From assembly GCA_963748285.1 (NCBI GenBank), contig CAVVIF010000009.1, positions 52,262 through 116,261 of the forward strand: 64,000 bases of DNA. The letters are read 5' to 3'. Below, piece after piece: positions 22,331 through 33,624 of this stretch (position 1 is its first letter; every line of letters begins with the position of its first letter). The DNA comes from an uncultured Microthrixaceae bacterium. Its GTDB lineage: Bacteria; Actinomycetota; Acidimicrobiia; Acidimicrobiales; DATDAH01. Made by a program: the position numbers and the translations under genes. A model generated the notes under the pieces. The model was not told the DNA's origin and searched no databases. It saw nothing but the letters and a program-made list of their open reading frames with translations.

Positions 22331-22432
22331 CCCGCTCACACCGCGACATGACCACATCACTGTCAGGAGAGCCGGTAATGGCGCAATCATCAGAAATACC
22401 ACTATCGCCGTAGGACTAATACACTGGCCCGG

Positions 22433-23179
<747 letters not shown>

Positions 23180-23183
<4 letters not shown>

Positions 23184-24416
23184 CCCTCGACCCCAAGGCG
23201 GTGCAAGAAGGACTTCCCCCTGCTGGCCCGGGAGGTCCACGGCAAGCCCATCGTGCTACCTCGACTCGGCCTCGTCCTCCCAGAAGCCCCAGGTGGTCCT
23301 GGACGCCATGGACCACTACTACGAGACCACCCACGCCAACGTGCACCGGGGCGTCTACGCCATCGCCGAGGAGGCCACCCGGCTCATGGAGGACGCCCGG
23401 GCCAAGCTGGCCCGCTTCATCGGCGCCCCCTCCCCCGCCGGCGTGGTCTTCACCAAGAACGTCACCGAGGCCATCAACCTGGTGGCCAAGACCTGGGGCA
23501 AGGCCAACCTCGGGCGCCGGCGACGCCGTCGTGCTCACCCAGATGGAGCACCACGCCAACATCGTGCCCTGGCTGATGCTGGCCGAGGAGACCGGCGTCG
23601 AGCTGCGCTGGCTGGGCGTGACCGACGACGGCCAGCTCGACCTGTCCGACCTCGACCGGCAACTCGACGGGGCCAAGCTGCTGGCGGTCACGGCCATGTC
23701 CAACGTGCTGGGCACCCTCACCCCGGTCCGCCGGCTGGCCGACGCCGCCCACGCCGCCGGCGCCCTGGTGCTGGTCGACGGGGCCCAGTTCACGCCCCCA
23801 CCTGGCCACCGACGTGGCCGAGCTGGGCTGCGACTTCTACGGCCTCACCGGCCACAAGATGTGCGGGCCCACCGGCATCGGCGCCCTCTGGGCCCGGGAG
23901 GAGCTGCTCGAGGCCATGCCCGCCTTCCTGGGCGGCGGCGAGATGATCCGCGACGTCCGGATGGACGGCTGGACGCCCAACGAGATCCCCTGGAAGTTCG
24001 AGGCCGGCACCCCGCCGATCGCCGAGACCGTCGGCCTGGGCGCGGCGATCGACTACCTCGAGGGCCTGGGCATGGACGCGGTGCGGGAGCACGAGGTCTC
24101 CCTGACCGCCTACGCCCTGCGCACGCTGACGGAGCGCTTCGGCGACGACCTGACCATCCACGGCCCGCCCGAGCCCGCGGCCCGGGGCGGGGTCATCTCC
24201 TTCTCCCTGGCGGACATCCACCCCCACGACATCTCCCAGGTCCTGGACCAGGAGGCCGTCTGCGTGCGGGCCGGCCACCACTGCGCCAAGCCGCTCATGC
24301 GGGTGCTGGGCGAGTCGGCCACCGCCCGGGCGTCGCTGTACGTCTACAACGACACCGAGGACGTGGACCGCCTGGGCGACGCTCTGGCCCACACCGTCGA
24401 GTTCTTCGCCCGGTAG
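23180..24416 (+). CDS. sufS: Cysteine desulfurase SufS; at least four frame changes
   Basis: ATGA overlap at 23180-23183. Pieces: [83 protein letters not shown] (PLP lysine) and [11 protein letters not shown] (catalytic Cys). Confidence 0.9.
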
Positions 24417-24429
24417 GTTCAGCGCCACC

Positions 24430-24912
24430 ATGCCCGACCTCGAAGACCTCTACCGGGAGATCATCCTCGACCACTACCGGTCGCCCCGGAACCGGGGTGA
24501 GCTGGAGAGCCCTCCGGCCATGCGGGCCGAGGGCTTCAACCCGCTCTGCGGCGACGAGGTCGTCGTGTACCTCGACGTCGAGGACGGCGTGGTCAGCGAC
24601 CTGAAGATCTCGGGCCAGGGCTGCTCGATCAGCCAGTCCTCGGCGTCGATGATGAGCGCGGCGGTGAAGGGCAAGACCGTCGACGAGGCCCGGGACCTGA
24701 CCCGGGCCTTCAAGGCCATGATGTCGATCCACGAGGCCGAGATCGCCGGCGAGGACGGCGCCCCCGAGGCCGACGCCCCCGAGGTCGGCCTGGGCGACCT
24801 CGCCGCCCTGCGGGGCGTGGTGAAGTTCCCGGTGCGCATCAAGTGCGCCACCCTGTCCTGGAACACGCTGACCCAGGGCCTGGACGAGGCCGCCGGCGAG
24901 CCCACGCCGTAA
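24430..24912 (+). CDS. sufU: SUF-system NifU-family scaffold SufU
   Basis: Intact 160-aa ORF: LYREIILDHYRSPRNRG...NPLCGDEV...ISGQGCSISQSSASMM...RIKCATLSW. Confidence 0.9.
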   Translation: MPDLEDLYREIILDHYRSPRNRGELESPPAMRAEGFNPLCGDEVVVYLDVEDGVVSDLKISGQGCSISQSSASMMSAAVKGKTVDEARDLTRAFKAMMSIHEAEIAGEDGAPEADAPEVGLGDLAALRGVVKFPVRIKCATLSWNTLTQGLDEAAGEPTP

Positions 24913-24998
24913 CCGGTCCCCCACGGGCCTCACGGCGGCGGGAAGGCACGAAGCGTGACGACCGGGAGACCTGACCCCGCCGCCGCAGGCCCATCCGG

Positions 24999-26124
24999 GT
25001 GCTCTGGCTGGTCAAGGGCCTCGGTCCCGGTGGGGCCGAGCGCCTGCTCGTCAACCAGGCCGCGGCCGCCGACCGGGACCGGTTCCGCTACGAGGCCGCC
25101 TACCTCGTGCCCGAGAAGGACCACCTGGTCCCCGAGCTGGAGGCCCTCGGGGTGCGCTGCACCCTGCTCGACCCGCGTCCGCCGGGACGCTGGATCCTGG
25201 CGCTGCGGGGGCGACTGCGTCGGGACCCGGTCGAGGTCATCCACGTCCACTCCCCTGCCCTGGCCGCCGCCACACGGGTGATGGTGCGCACTCTGGGCCG
25301 GAACCGACCGGTGGTCGTCTACACCGAGCACAACCGTTGGCCCCGCTACCACCTGCTCACCCGGTGGATGAACCGGCTCACCTACGGGCTCGACGACGAC
25401 CACGTCGCCGTCTCCGACGACGTCCGGGAGACGGTCTCCCCCCGGTACCGGGGTTCTGTCGCCGTGGTGGTCCACGGCATCGACGTGGACGGTGTCCGTG
25501 CTCATCGGACCGAGCGCGACGAGGTGCGGGCCGAGCTCGGGATCGGCGACGACGAGGTCGTCATCGGCATCGTGGCCAACCTGCGCGGCCCAGAAGGGCT
25601 ACGACCTGCTCCTGCGGGCGGCCCGGCAGGTCGTGGACCAGGCGCCGACCTGCCGGTTCGTGGCCGTCGGCCAGGGCCCGCTGGCCGACCAGGTGGCCAC
25701 GTGGCACGACGAGCAGGGGCTGGGTGACCGGTTCCTGCTCCTCGGCTACCGGCCCGACGCCCTCCGGGTCATGAGCGGGTTCGACGTCTTCACCCTGGCC
25801 TCCACCCACGAGGGCCTGCCGGTGGCGCTGATGGAGGCCTTCGCCCTCGGGCTCCCGGTGGTGGCCACGGCCGTGGGCGGCATCCCCCAGGCGGTCACCC
25901 CTGGCGTCGAGGGTCTGCTCGTCCCGTCCGGGGACGAGGAGGCCCTGGCCGCCGCGTTGCTCGAGCTGGCCACCGACACCGACAAGCGGCTGGCGATGGG
26001 CCAGGCGGCAGCGCAGCGGGCCTCCGCCTTCTCCGCGGCCCGGGCCACCCGGGAGCTGGAGAGCCGGTACGCGGCAGTTGGCCAGGCGGTAGACAGGGGC
26101 CGTGAGCCGCACGACCATTGGTGA
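24999..26124 (+). CDS. GT4-family glycosyltransferase; one frame change near 25590; start uncertain
   Basis: VLWLVKGLGPGGAERLL, then IVANLRAQKGYDLLL...FTLASTHEGLPVALMEAFALGLPVVATAVGGIPQAV...GLLVP. Confidence 0.8.
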
Positions 26125-26745
26125 TCGTGGGCGCCGGCGGCCACGGTCGTGAGCTGCTCGACATCGTGGCGGCCATCGATGCGGCCGCGCCGACGTACGC
26201 CTTCCTCGGCTTCCACGACGACGGCGAGGGGCCCTGGCCGCTGGTCGAACGGCGCGGGACCGTGGTCCTCGGGCCCGTCGACGACCTGGCCCACACCGAT
26301 GCGGCCTACGCCATCGGCATCGGGTCGCCGTACGTCCGCCAGCGGGTCGACGCGCTTCGCCACCGAAGTGGGACTGCAGCCGGCCACCCTCGTGCATCCG
26401 ATGGCCTCGCAGGGCGCCGACCTGGACCTGGGGCCCGGGCTGGTCATGGCGGCCGGGGCCCGGATCACCACCAACGTGGCCGTCGGCCGCCATGTGCACC
26501 TGAACGTCAATGCCACGCTCAGCCACGACTGCCGGGCCGGGGACTACGTGACCCTCAACCCCGGCGCCCACGTCAACGGCGAGGTCACCCTGGGCGACGG
26601 GGCGACGGTCGGCAGCGGCGCGGTCATCCGCCAGGGGACGGCGGTCGGCGCCTTCGCCGTCATCGGGGCCGGGGCCGTGGTCGTCGACGACGTCGAGCCC
26701 GAGACCACCGTCGTCGGCGTGCCCGCCCGCCCGGTGCGACGGTGA
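26118..26745 (+). CDS. NeuD/PglD-family sugar N/O-acetyltransferase (left-handed beta-helix); one frame change near 26355
   Basis: MVIVGAGGHGRELLDIV at the N-terminus. Hexapeptide repeats follow: NVAVGRHVHLNVNATLSHDCRAGDYVTLNPGAHVNGEVTLGDGATVGSGAVI. Confidence 0.8.
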
Positions 26746-27358
26746 CCGACGCCTCCTACCGAGGCAAGCGGGCGTTCGACCTGGCCGTGCTGGTCGTGGT
26801 GGCGCTGCCCGCGGCGTTCCTGGCGGCGCTCGTCGCGCTGGCGGTCCGCCTCACCTCTCGGGGCCCGGTGCTGTTCCGCCAGGAGCGCACCGGTCACCTC
26901 GGGCCGAGCCTTCGAGCTGCTCAAGTTCCGCACGATGATCGACGCACCCGAGGGCAACCCGCTGTTCCCCGACGCCGACCGCATCACCCGGGTCGGCGGG
27001 GTGCTCCGGCGGCTCTCGCTCGACGAGCTGCCCCAGCTCTGGAACGTGGCCCGGGGGGAGATGAGCATCGTGGGCCCCCGACCGACGCTCCCCTACCAGG
27101 TCGAGCGCTACGACGACCGGCAGCGGCGCCGTCTGGCCGTCCGTCCCGGCCTGACCGGCCTGGCCCAGGTCAACGGGCGCAACTCGATCGCGTGGGCCGA
27201 ACGCATCGAGCTCGACCTCGAGTACGTCGGGGCCAACTCGGTGGGTCGTGATCTCGTGCTGGTGATCCGGACGGTCCCGGCGCTCTTGTCCGGCCGGCGG
27301 GGTCGAGGGCCACCCCACCGACGATCCCCTCGCCCGTCCCGCCGACCCCGAGCCCTGA
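26742..27358 (+). CDS. Polyprenyl-phosphate sugar phosphotransferase (small PglC/WbaP C-terminal type); frame changes near 26890 and 27290
   Basis: GTGA overlap at 26742-26745. KRAFDLAVLVVVALPAAFL (TM), ELLKFRTM, and SLDELPQLWNVARGEMSIVGPRP...RPGLTGLAQV. Confidence 0.85.
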
Positions 27359-27360
27359 GC

Positions 27361-28418
27361 GTGCGGATCCTGCTGGTCATCACCTCGACCGACCGTCGGG
27401 GCCCTCAGGTCTTCGCCACCCACCTCGCGGACGCCCTCGGCGAGCGGGGCCACGTCGTGCGGACGGTGGCCCTCGTCCCCGGCACGGGCGAGCGCCTGCT
27501 GCCCGTCGCCCGCGCTCGGCACCCGCCGGCCGGACCGGCCACCTGTGGCGGGGCTCCGGCGGGAGTTGCGGCGCCATGACGTGGCCGTCGCCCTCGGGTC
27601 GACCACCCTGCCCGCCTGTGCACTGGCCTCGATCGGGACCGGCACCCCGTTCGTCTACCGCCAGATCAGCGACTCGGTCGTCTGGAGCCCCACCCGCGGG
27701 CGGCGGGCCCGCACGAGGCTCTGGCTGGGACGAGCGGCGCACGTCGTGGCTCTGTCGGAGCACAACCAGGCGCAGTTGGTGAGCCACCTCGGCATCCGGA
27801 CCCGAGCGCATCACCGTCATCCCCAACGGCCGACCGGTGGACGGCCTCCGGCCCACGGGCCCCGGCGACCGGAAGGCGGCCCGGGAACGCCTCGGGCTGC
27901 CCGAGCGGCCCACGACCACTGTGCATCGGTGCCCTCGTCCTGGGAGAAGGCGCCGGCCTGGCCATCGAGGCGATCGGAAAGGTGGCCGGGGCCCAACTGG
28001 TCGTCGTCGGACGACGGGCCCGGAGGAGCCCGACCTCCGCCGGCTGGCCGACGACGCCGCTCCCGGGCGAGTGACATTCCTCGGACCGCTCGACGACCTC
28101 GCCGGCGATCTTCGCGGCCGCCGATCTGATGCTGTTGACCAGCCGGTCGCGAGTCCATGCCCGGGGTGCTGATCGAGGCCGGGCTGGCCGGGCTCCCGGC
28201 GGTGGCCACCCGGGTCGGTGCGGTGCCCGAGGGATCGGGCGGACGGTGAGACCGGTCTCCTCGTGCCCGTCGGCGACGTCGACGCGACCAGCAGCGCCAT
28301 CGAGGCAGGTGCTGACGAGCCGGGCCTGGGCGATCGCCTGGGCCGGGCCGCACGCGGACGCTGTGCTCAGCGCTTCGACATCGACCGTCGTGGCCCGCCG
28401 CTGGGACGTAGATCCTGA
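27361..28418 (+). CDS. GT4-family glycosyltransferase; many frame changes; 3' end uncertain
   Basis: VRILLVITSTDRRGPQVFATHLADAL, AAHVVALSEHNQAQLV, PERITVIPNGRPV, RVTFLGPLDDL, and LTSRSESMPGVLIEAGLAGLPAVATRVGAVPE...GETGLLVP are scattered over all three frames. Confidence 0.7.
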
Positions 28419-28442
28419 CCACCGCAGTCGGCCGGGGGCTGA

Positions 28443-28965
28443 TCAGACGGTAGGGCTCGCGCACCGCCGAGTGGCGCCGGCGGGAGGTCAGCAGGACGAC
28501 GCCGCCGAGGGCCACCAGGACCACACCGATGCGCACCCACGGCAAGCTGTCCGAGCCGGTGCGGGGCAGTGAGCCGGCGGGGGCGCCGGCGAAGCCGCAT
28601 TCGACCGAGGCGATCAACTCGAGCTCACCGCCGCCGTCGAGTTCGTCCTCGGTGCCGGTGGCAGAGACATCGTAGAACCCGGGGGTGACGTCGTCCGGCC
28701 AGGCACCGTCGAGCACGGCGACGCCGTTGGCATCGGCGGTGACCACGCCGAGGACCACCTGCGGCGGCCCGTCGAAGATGAAGGTCACATCGGTGCCCGG
28801 GGCGGCGCCGTCGGCGGTGAGGGTGAGGTCCCCGCCCGGCGCGCAGGCCTCGCCACTGCGGGTGAGGTTGTTCGGCTCGACGTAGCCCTGGCCCCCCGCG
28901 GGCAGGGCTACGAAGACGAGAAGTGCGCCGATGGCCACCGCTCCGGCTAGCAGGCGCTTGAACAT
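28443..28965 (-). CDS. Secreted LPXTG-anchored surface protein; stop position uncertain
   Basis: GGAGGA lies 4 nt upstream of the ATG at 28965. The signal peptide is MFKRLLAGAVAIGALLVFVALPAGG. The C-terminal sorting signal is LPRTG plus the hydrophobic stretch WVRIGVVLVALGGVVLL plus SRRRH. The listed ORF runs on to 27817, antisense to the GT4, and I do not believe that extension. Confidence 0.65.
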
Positions 28966-29077
28966 GAGATCCTCCACCCAGTGAATGTCACCCTAAGTGT
29001 GCACGATGGTAGCAGCCGGTGTCCATCCCGACCGGCGCCACCGGCGCGACGTCTCGCCCCTTTCCGTGTCCTCGTGG

Positions 29078-31429
29078 TCAGTTCGGTGTCACCTCGAGGC
29101 GGAATGACTCGTCCTCAGACGATGCGAACGTGGCCGACGCGCCCTCGGCGGTGCGCTCCCAGCCGGTGGCGTCGGCGGTCACCCACCCCTCGTCGGCCGT
29201 GACCCGGAGACGCACCTGATCAGGATTCACCAGGGGCTGGGACGCGTAGCCGAGCCGATAGGTGTCGCCCACCGGGAGGGCGCCCTCGAGCTGGAACCGG
29301 AGCGTGACCCGCCCCCCGGGCGGGATGTCCAGCAGACGGGAGTAGACCCACCGGTCGCGTTCCCGTTGGGACTCGATGTCGAGCGGCTGCTCGTCGACCG
29401 AGACCGAGGTCGAGCGACAGGGCGGAGTACAGGGAGACGTAGACCTGGTTCGTGCCCGGGGGGCAGGTCCGGGCATCGCTGCTGCCGATGACGGTGTCGG
29501 GGAGCCCGGACGCCGGCGCCCCGTTGTGGAGCTCCACCGTGGCCGTGGCCTGCACTCGACCCGTGGCCGGGTCCCAGGTGGCGCGGTAGTCGAGGGTGCG
29601 CTCGAGGAAGATGTCGATCTTGTTGTTGCCCGCCGTTCTGGGTGGTCAGCGAGAGGAAGTCGCCCTCCACCGGCGGCAGGGCGCCGTCGAGGCCGATCCG
29701 CTCCATGCAGGGCCTGCTCGTCGTCGTCGACGGCTGTGCACGATCAGGCGGCCCTGGTGCGACGACGGGGCCGAGGACGTCGGCCACCTGCCGGGGACCG
29801 GGGAGGTCGCCGTCGGTCAGGGCCTCGAAGGTCGCCTCGGTGGCCTCGTCGAGGAAGTCGATCCGCTCCTCCTCGTCGTCCTGGAAGGTCAGGTACTGCT
29901 CGCGGATCAGGAAGTCGGCGGCGTTCTCCGCCGTCAGGGGCTCGGCCTAGCCCGCGACGGGGATCGGGCCCGGTGAACTCCATGAGGGCGGCCAGGGCGA
30001 CCGGATCGACGATGATGACGCCGTCGACCTCCCGGCCCCCGGCCTGGGGGTAGAGCTCCTCCATCACCTGGGCGACCGAGGGGCCGTCGGGGCTGAAGGT
30101 GAGGTCCTGGAGGAAGCTCGGCCGGATGGAGCCGGCCGTAGCGGGCGAGGTAGTCGGCCGGGCCGCTGATGGTCCGCTGGCGGCGCCGGGGGCGGCGATC
30201 AGCTCCCGGATCCGCCCCGAGCGGGTCAGCTCGAGGTCGCCGTCGACGGCGGTGAGCTCGCCGAAGTTGCCGACGAAGCCGCCCAGGCCCCGAGACTCGG
30301 CCGGCTGGGTGAAGGCGATGAAGTAGTGGCGGGGCCCGTCGCCCCCGAACAGCGCCGGGGCCAGGCGCACGCCCTCGATCGCCAGCTCGGCGTCGGGCAG
30401 GGCCCGGTCGACTTCGGTGCCGAAGTCCGCGATCGCCGATGGACAGCGGGTCGACCAGCCACATCGTCCGCGCTTCGGCGACCTCGCTCCGAGGCGTCGG
30501 CGAGCGCCTCGTACGGCGTCGGCCAGCGGCGCCTCGAAGCGGGCGACCAGGTCGAGGTCGAGGCACGCCGTCGTCGAACTCGCAGCTCGTCGATGTCGGC
30601 TTCGACCGTCGCCTGCGGCCGCGGTCTCGGCGAGTGCGGCCCCTTCATCGGCCACGACGGCCGTCGCTCGGGCCTGGTGGCCGAGCACGGGGACGAGCCG
30701 GGCGGGACCGCCCCAGGTGCCCAGCGGGCGCTGGGCGGCCTCGAAGTCCTCCGTGGCCCCGACCAGGAGGGTCACCGCCCGATCGGGCTCGTTGTCCCGC
30801 AGGGCCTCGAGCCCGTCACGGACGTTGTTGGCCGCGTCCGCGCAGGTGCTGCTGACCTGCACGGCGGCAAAGGCCAGGCCGGCGGCGGCCACGACGGCCA
30901 GGCCGGCGAGGGCGACGACCGCGACCCGGATCCGCCGCTGGGCCCGCCGGCTCGACCGGATGTAGGCCGAGACGAGGACCGGACTGACGGCGACGAAGGT
31001 CACCAGAGCGGAGGCGCCCGCGTCGTCGAGCTCGAGGCGCAGCAGGACCTGCGCCGCGATCGCGCCGACCAGCGCCCCGAGGGGTCGCGACCGGCGATGG
31101 AGGAGCGACCGCGCCGATGGCCAGCACGAGGGCCACCCCGCCCGCCGCCTGCAGCGCACCGTCGGTCGACGCGACCGCGGCCATCCCCGCGATGACGATC
31201 CAGGTCCACCGGTGGGCCTTGGCCGTGGCCACGGCCACGAGCGCGGCGAAGCCCGGCCCGCCAGAGGATGTCGGCCGGGAGCCAGCCCGCCGGCTCGGCG
31301 TCGCTCAACGCACCGCCGACCGCGGACAGACGCCACGATGGCCCACATGAGTTGGAACTCGAGCGGGCTCGGGGCCCGCCGACGGCCGGTCGGCCGCCGG
31401 ATGGCCGTAGGTAGTGGCTCGCCGGGCAT
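29078..31429 (-). CDS. DUF4012-like membrane-anchored protein of actinobacterial EPS loci; many frame changes
   Basis: N-terminal TM segments, then RHYFIAFTQPAESRGLGGFVGNFGELT and VDGVIIVDPVALAALMEFTGP (recalled DUF4012 signatures). The C-terminus ...TYRLGYASQPLVNPDQVRLRV...FRLEVTPN ends at 29078. Confidence 0.65.
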
Positions 31430-31559
31430 CAGTGGGGTCTAGCAGCCCCCCGCTCGGGTGCCACGGCACCACGACCTCCCGGCGGTAACCTTTTCGTCGG
31501 GCACGTCACTGCCGATTGGGTGTTCGTGCCGCCCCGTCGTCGAGGCCTTGGTTGTACGC

Positions 31560-33624
31560 GTGGAACTGACTGACTACCTGCGAGTGCTGCGTCGGCGGTG
31601 GATGGTGGTCGCCCTGGCGACGCTCTTCGGCATGGCGGCGGGGTTCCTGACCGCGAGCGACGAGGACACCCCGGTCAGCTACACCGCCACCCAGACGTTG
31701 AGCGTGGTCCAGCCCACCGTCCTCGCGACCTCGCCCCTGGTCTCCTTCACCCCGTCCCAGCTGGCGGTCTACACGACCGTGGGCGACGTACCCGTCCGGG
31801 CCGCCCGAGAGCTCGCCTACCCGGGCACCCCCCAGGAGCTCGCCTCCCGCATCACCACCGAGCCCGACGATGCTCGTCGGGGTGCTGCGGATCAGTGCCA
31901 CCGACGTCGACGGGGCCCGTGCCGCCGAGATCGCCAACACCTTCGGCCGCCAACTCCGGACGGTCATCATCGGCCAGGCTCGCGAGGACCTCCAGGAGCA
32001 GATCGCCCTCAGCAGCGAGGACCTCGACGACCTCCAGGACCAGATCAACGAGCTCGACGCCCAGATCGCGGGAGAGCCGTCCAACGTCGGTGTGCTCACC
32101 GCGCAGCGCGACGCGCTGATCAACCAGTACCGCATCGCCTACGACGAGCTGCAGTTGCTGAGGGAACGCACCACCGGGGGCGATCCGGTCATCATCCTGG
32201 AGAACGCCGTCCCCCAACGATCCGCTCAGGGTCTCAGCGCCCCCAGGAGCCGGCCGGCCCGCATGATCCTCTTCGGGTTGCTGGGGCTACTGCTCGGCGC
32301 CGCGCTGGCCCTCGTCCTGGACCGGGTCGACACCCGGGTCCGCACCAAGGAGGACGCCGAGAAGGTCACCGGCCTCCCGGTGCTGGCCGAGATCCCCTTC
32401 CTGCCCCGGCGCCACCGGCAGGAGCTCATCACCGCGACCCGACCCGCCTCCCCCTTCGCCGAGGCCTATCGCAACCTGCGCTCCGGCCTGGCCTTCGCCC
32501 GCAGCCCGTTGCTCGACCCGATCGCCGTGGCCACCGACGGCCCCGGCGACGGCCACGGTGACGATGCTCCTCGGCGGCCACCACCCTCGGTCGATGACAG
32601 CGCCGACCGTGTTCCTCGTGACGTCGTCGGGGCCCTACGAGGGGAAGACCACCACGATCTCGAACCTCGCCGCCGCCTTCGCGGAGACCAACAGCCGGGT
32701 GCTGGTCCTGGACTGCGACTTCCGCCGGCCCCGTCTGCATCAGGTCTTCGGGACGCGGGAGTCCCCGGGCCTCTCCGACACCCTCTCGGATCCGCGTCAG
32801 TTCAGCGCCGACGACGAAGTGATCTGCGAGACCTCGGTCGAGGGCGTCCACCTCGTCCCCGCCGGCACGCCGACCGACAACCCCGCCCGCCTCTTCAACC
32901 GGGCCAAGACCCTGATCGAGGCCTCCCGCCGCCAGGCCGACATCGTCCTGGTCGACACGCCCCCGTACCTCGTCGCCAACGACGCGGCCGAGCTCATCCC
33001 CTGGGTCGACGCCGTCGTCGTCGTCGTCAAGTCCCGGCGCACCCGGCGGGGTCCCACCCTGCGCATGCTCGAGAGCATGTACCGCACCCAGACGCCGGCG
33101 GTCGGCGTCGTACTGGTCGGCTCGGACCAGGCGCAGTCGGGCTACAGCCCGTACTACTACCACCGGGCCAACGCCCGCACCGAGAAGGCCCGACGGCGCT
33201 GGCGCCGAGTCCTCCACCTCGGCCCGCCGAAGGACAAGAAGCACAAGAAGGACAAGAAGCACAAGAAGGACAAGTCCTCCGAGGTGGAGGCGGTGCGCGG
33301 CGAGTCGACGAGCGAGGACCTCGCCGCTTGGGCGGCTGAGCCGACCACCGAGGGCGTCACCGCCGACGGTGCGGCCGAGGCCACCAACGCGGCTGCCGAC
33401 CATGACGAGGAGGTCTCGACCGACGCGGCCTACGACGGCGAAGCGGGCGACGGGCGAAGGCGACGGCGACAAAGACGAAGCGGGCGACGCGACGAAGCGG
33501 CGACAGCGACGACGACGAAGCAGGCGACGGCACCGGGACGCTTTTCACCATCGACCCGGACGGCGACGACGCCCTGGCTGACGCAGCCGAGCTCGAGGTG
33601 CCGTCCACCCCTCGCGGGTCGTGA
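31560..33624 (+). CDS. Polysaccharide co-polymerase (Wzz) fused to a BY-kinase (CpsD/CapB-type tyrosine autokinase), with a long C-terminal tail; at least three frame changes
   Basis: GTG at 31560: ELTDYLRVLRRRWMVVALATLFG. A coiled-coil region and a second TM (ILFGLLGLLLGAALALV) follow. Walker A is SSGPYEGKTTTISNLA, A' is VLVLDCDFRRP, B is DIVLVDTPP, and the Tyr cluster is SGYSPYYYH. The tail ends at TGA 33622-33624. Confidence 0.85.
33230..33274 (+). repeat. Perfect 18-bp tandem repeat x2.5 (AAGGACAAGAAGCACAAG) encoding (KDKKHK)2KDK
   Basis: Read directly: 33230-33247 equals 33248-33265, and 33266-33274 is a half unit. It is in frame with the BY-kinase and is A-rich in a >70% G+C background. 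Confidence 0.95.

Larger units (their letters stand above)
4222..22432. other. Lower-G+C mosaic genomic island (glycan-modification cargo plus three decayed IS elements)
   Basis: Counted 60-nt lines: 55% G+C at 17401, 50% at 18661 and 62% at 9901, versus 72% at 23401. The island lies between an EPS GT4 and sufC. IS256-, IS3- and ISL3-family transposase fragments sit in its right third. Confidence 0.6.

Noticed and set aside
4300-22420. Possible terminal inverted repeat of the island: ACCAATAGTCCCCTAG near 4305-4320 versus the reverse complement of CCGTAGGACTAAT near 22407-22420.
   Set aside because: There are only about 9 of 12 matching positions, with a gap. That is within chance for sequences this short, so I cannot support it as an att or IR site without computation.
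33369-33600. Arg-rich ORFs (RRRRRQRRSGRR..., KRRQRRRRSRRR) overlapping the BY-kinase tail.
   Set aside because: These are alternative-frame readings of a GAC/GAA/GGC-rich acidic coding stretch. The acidic frame connects to the stop that overlaps the next gene start.
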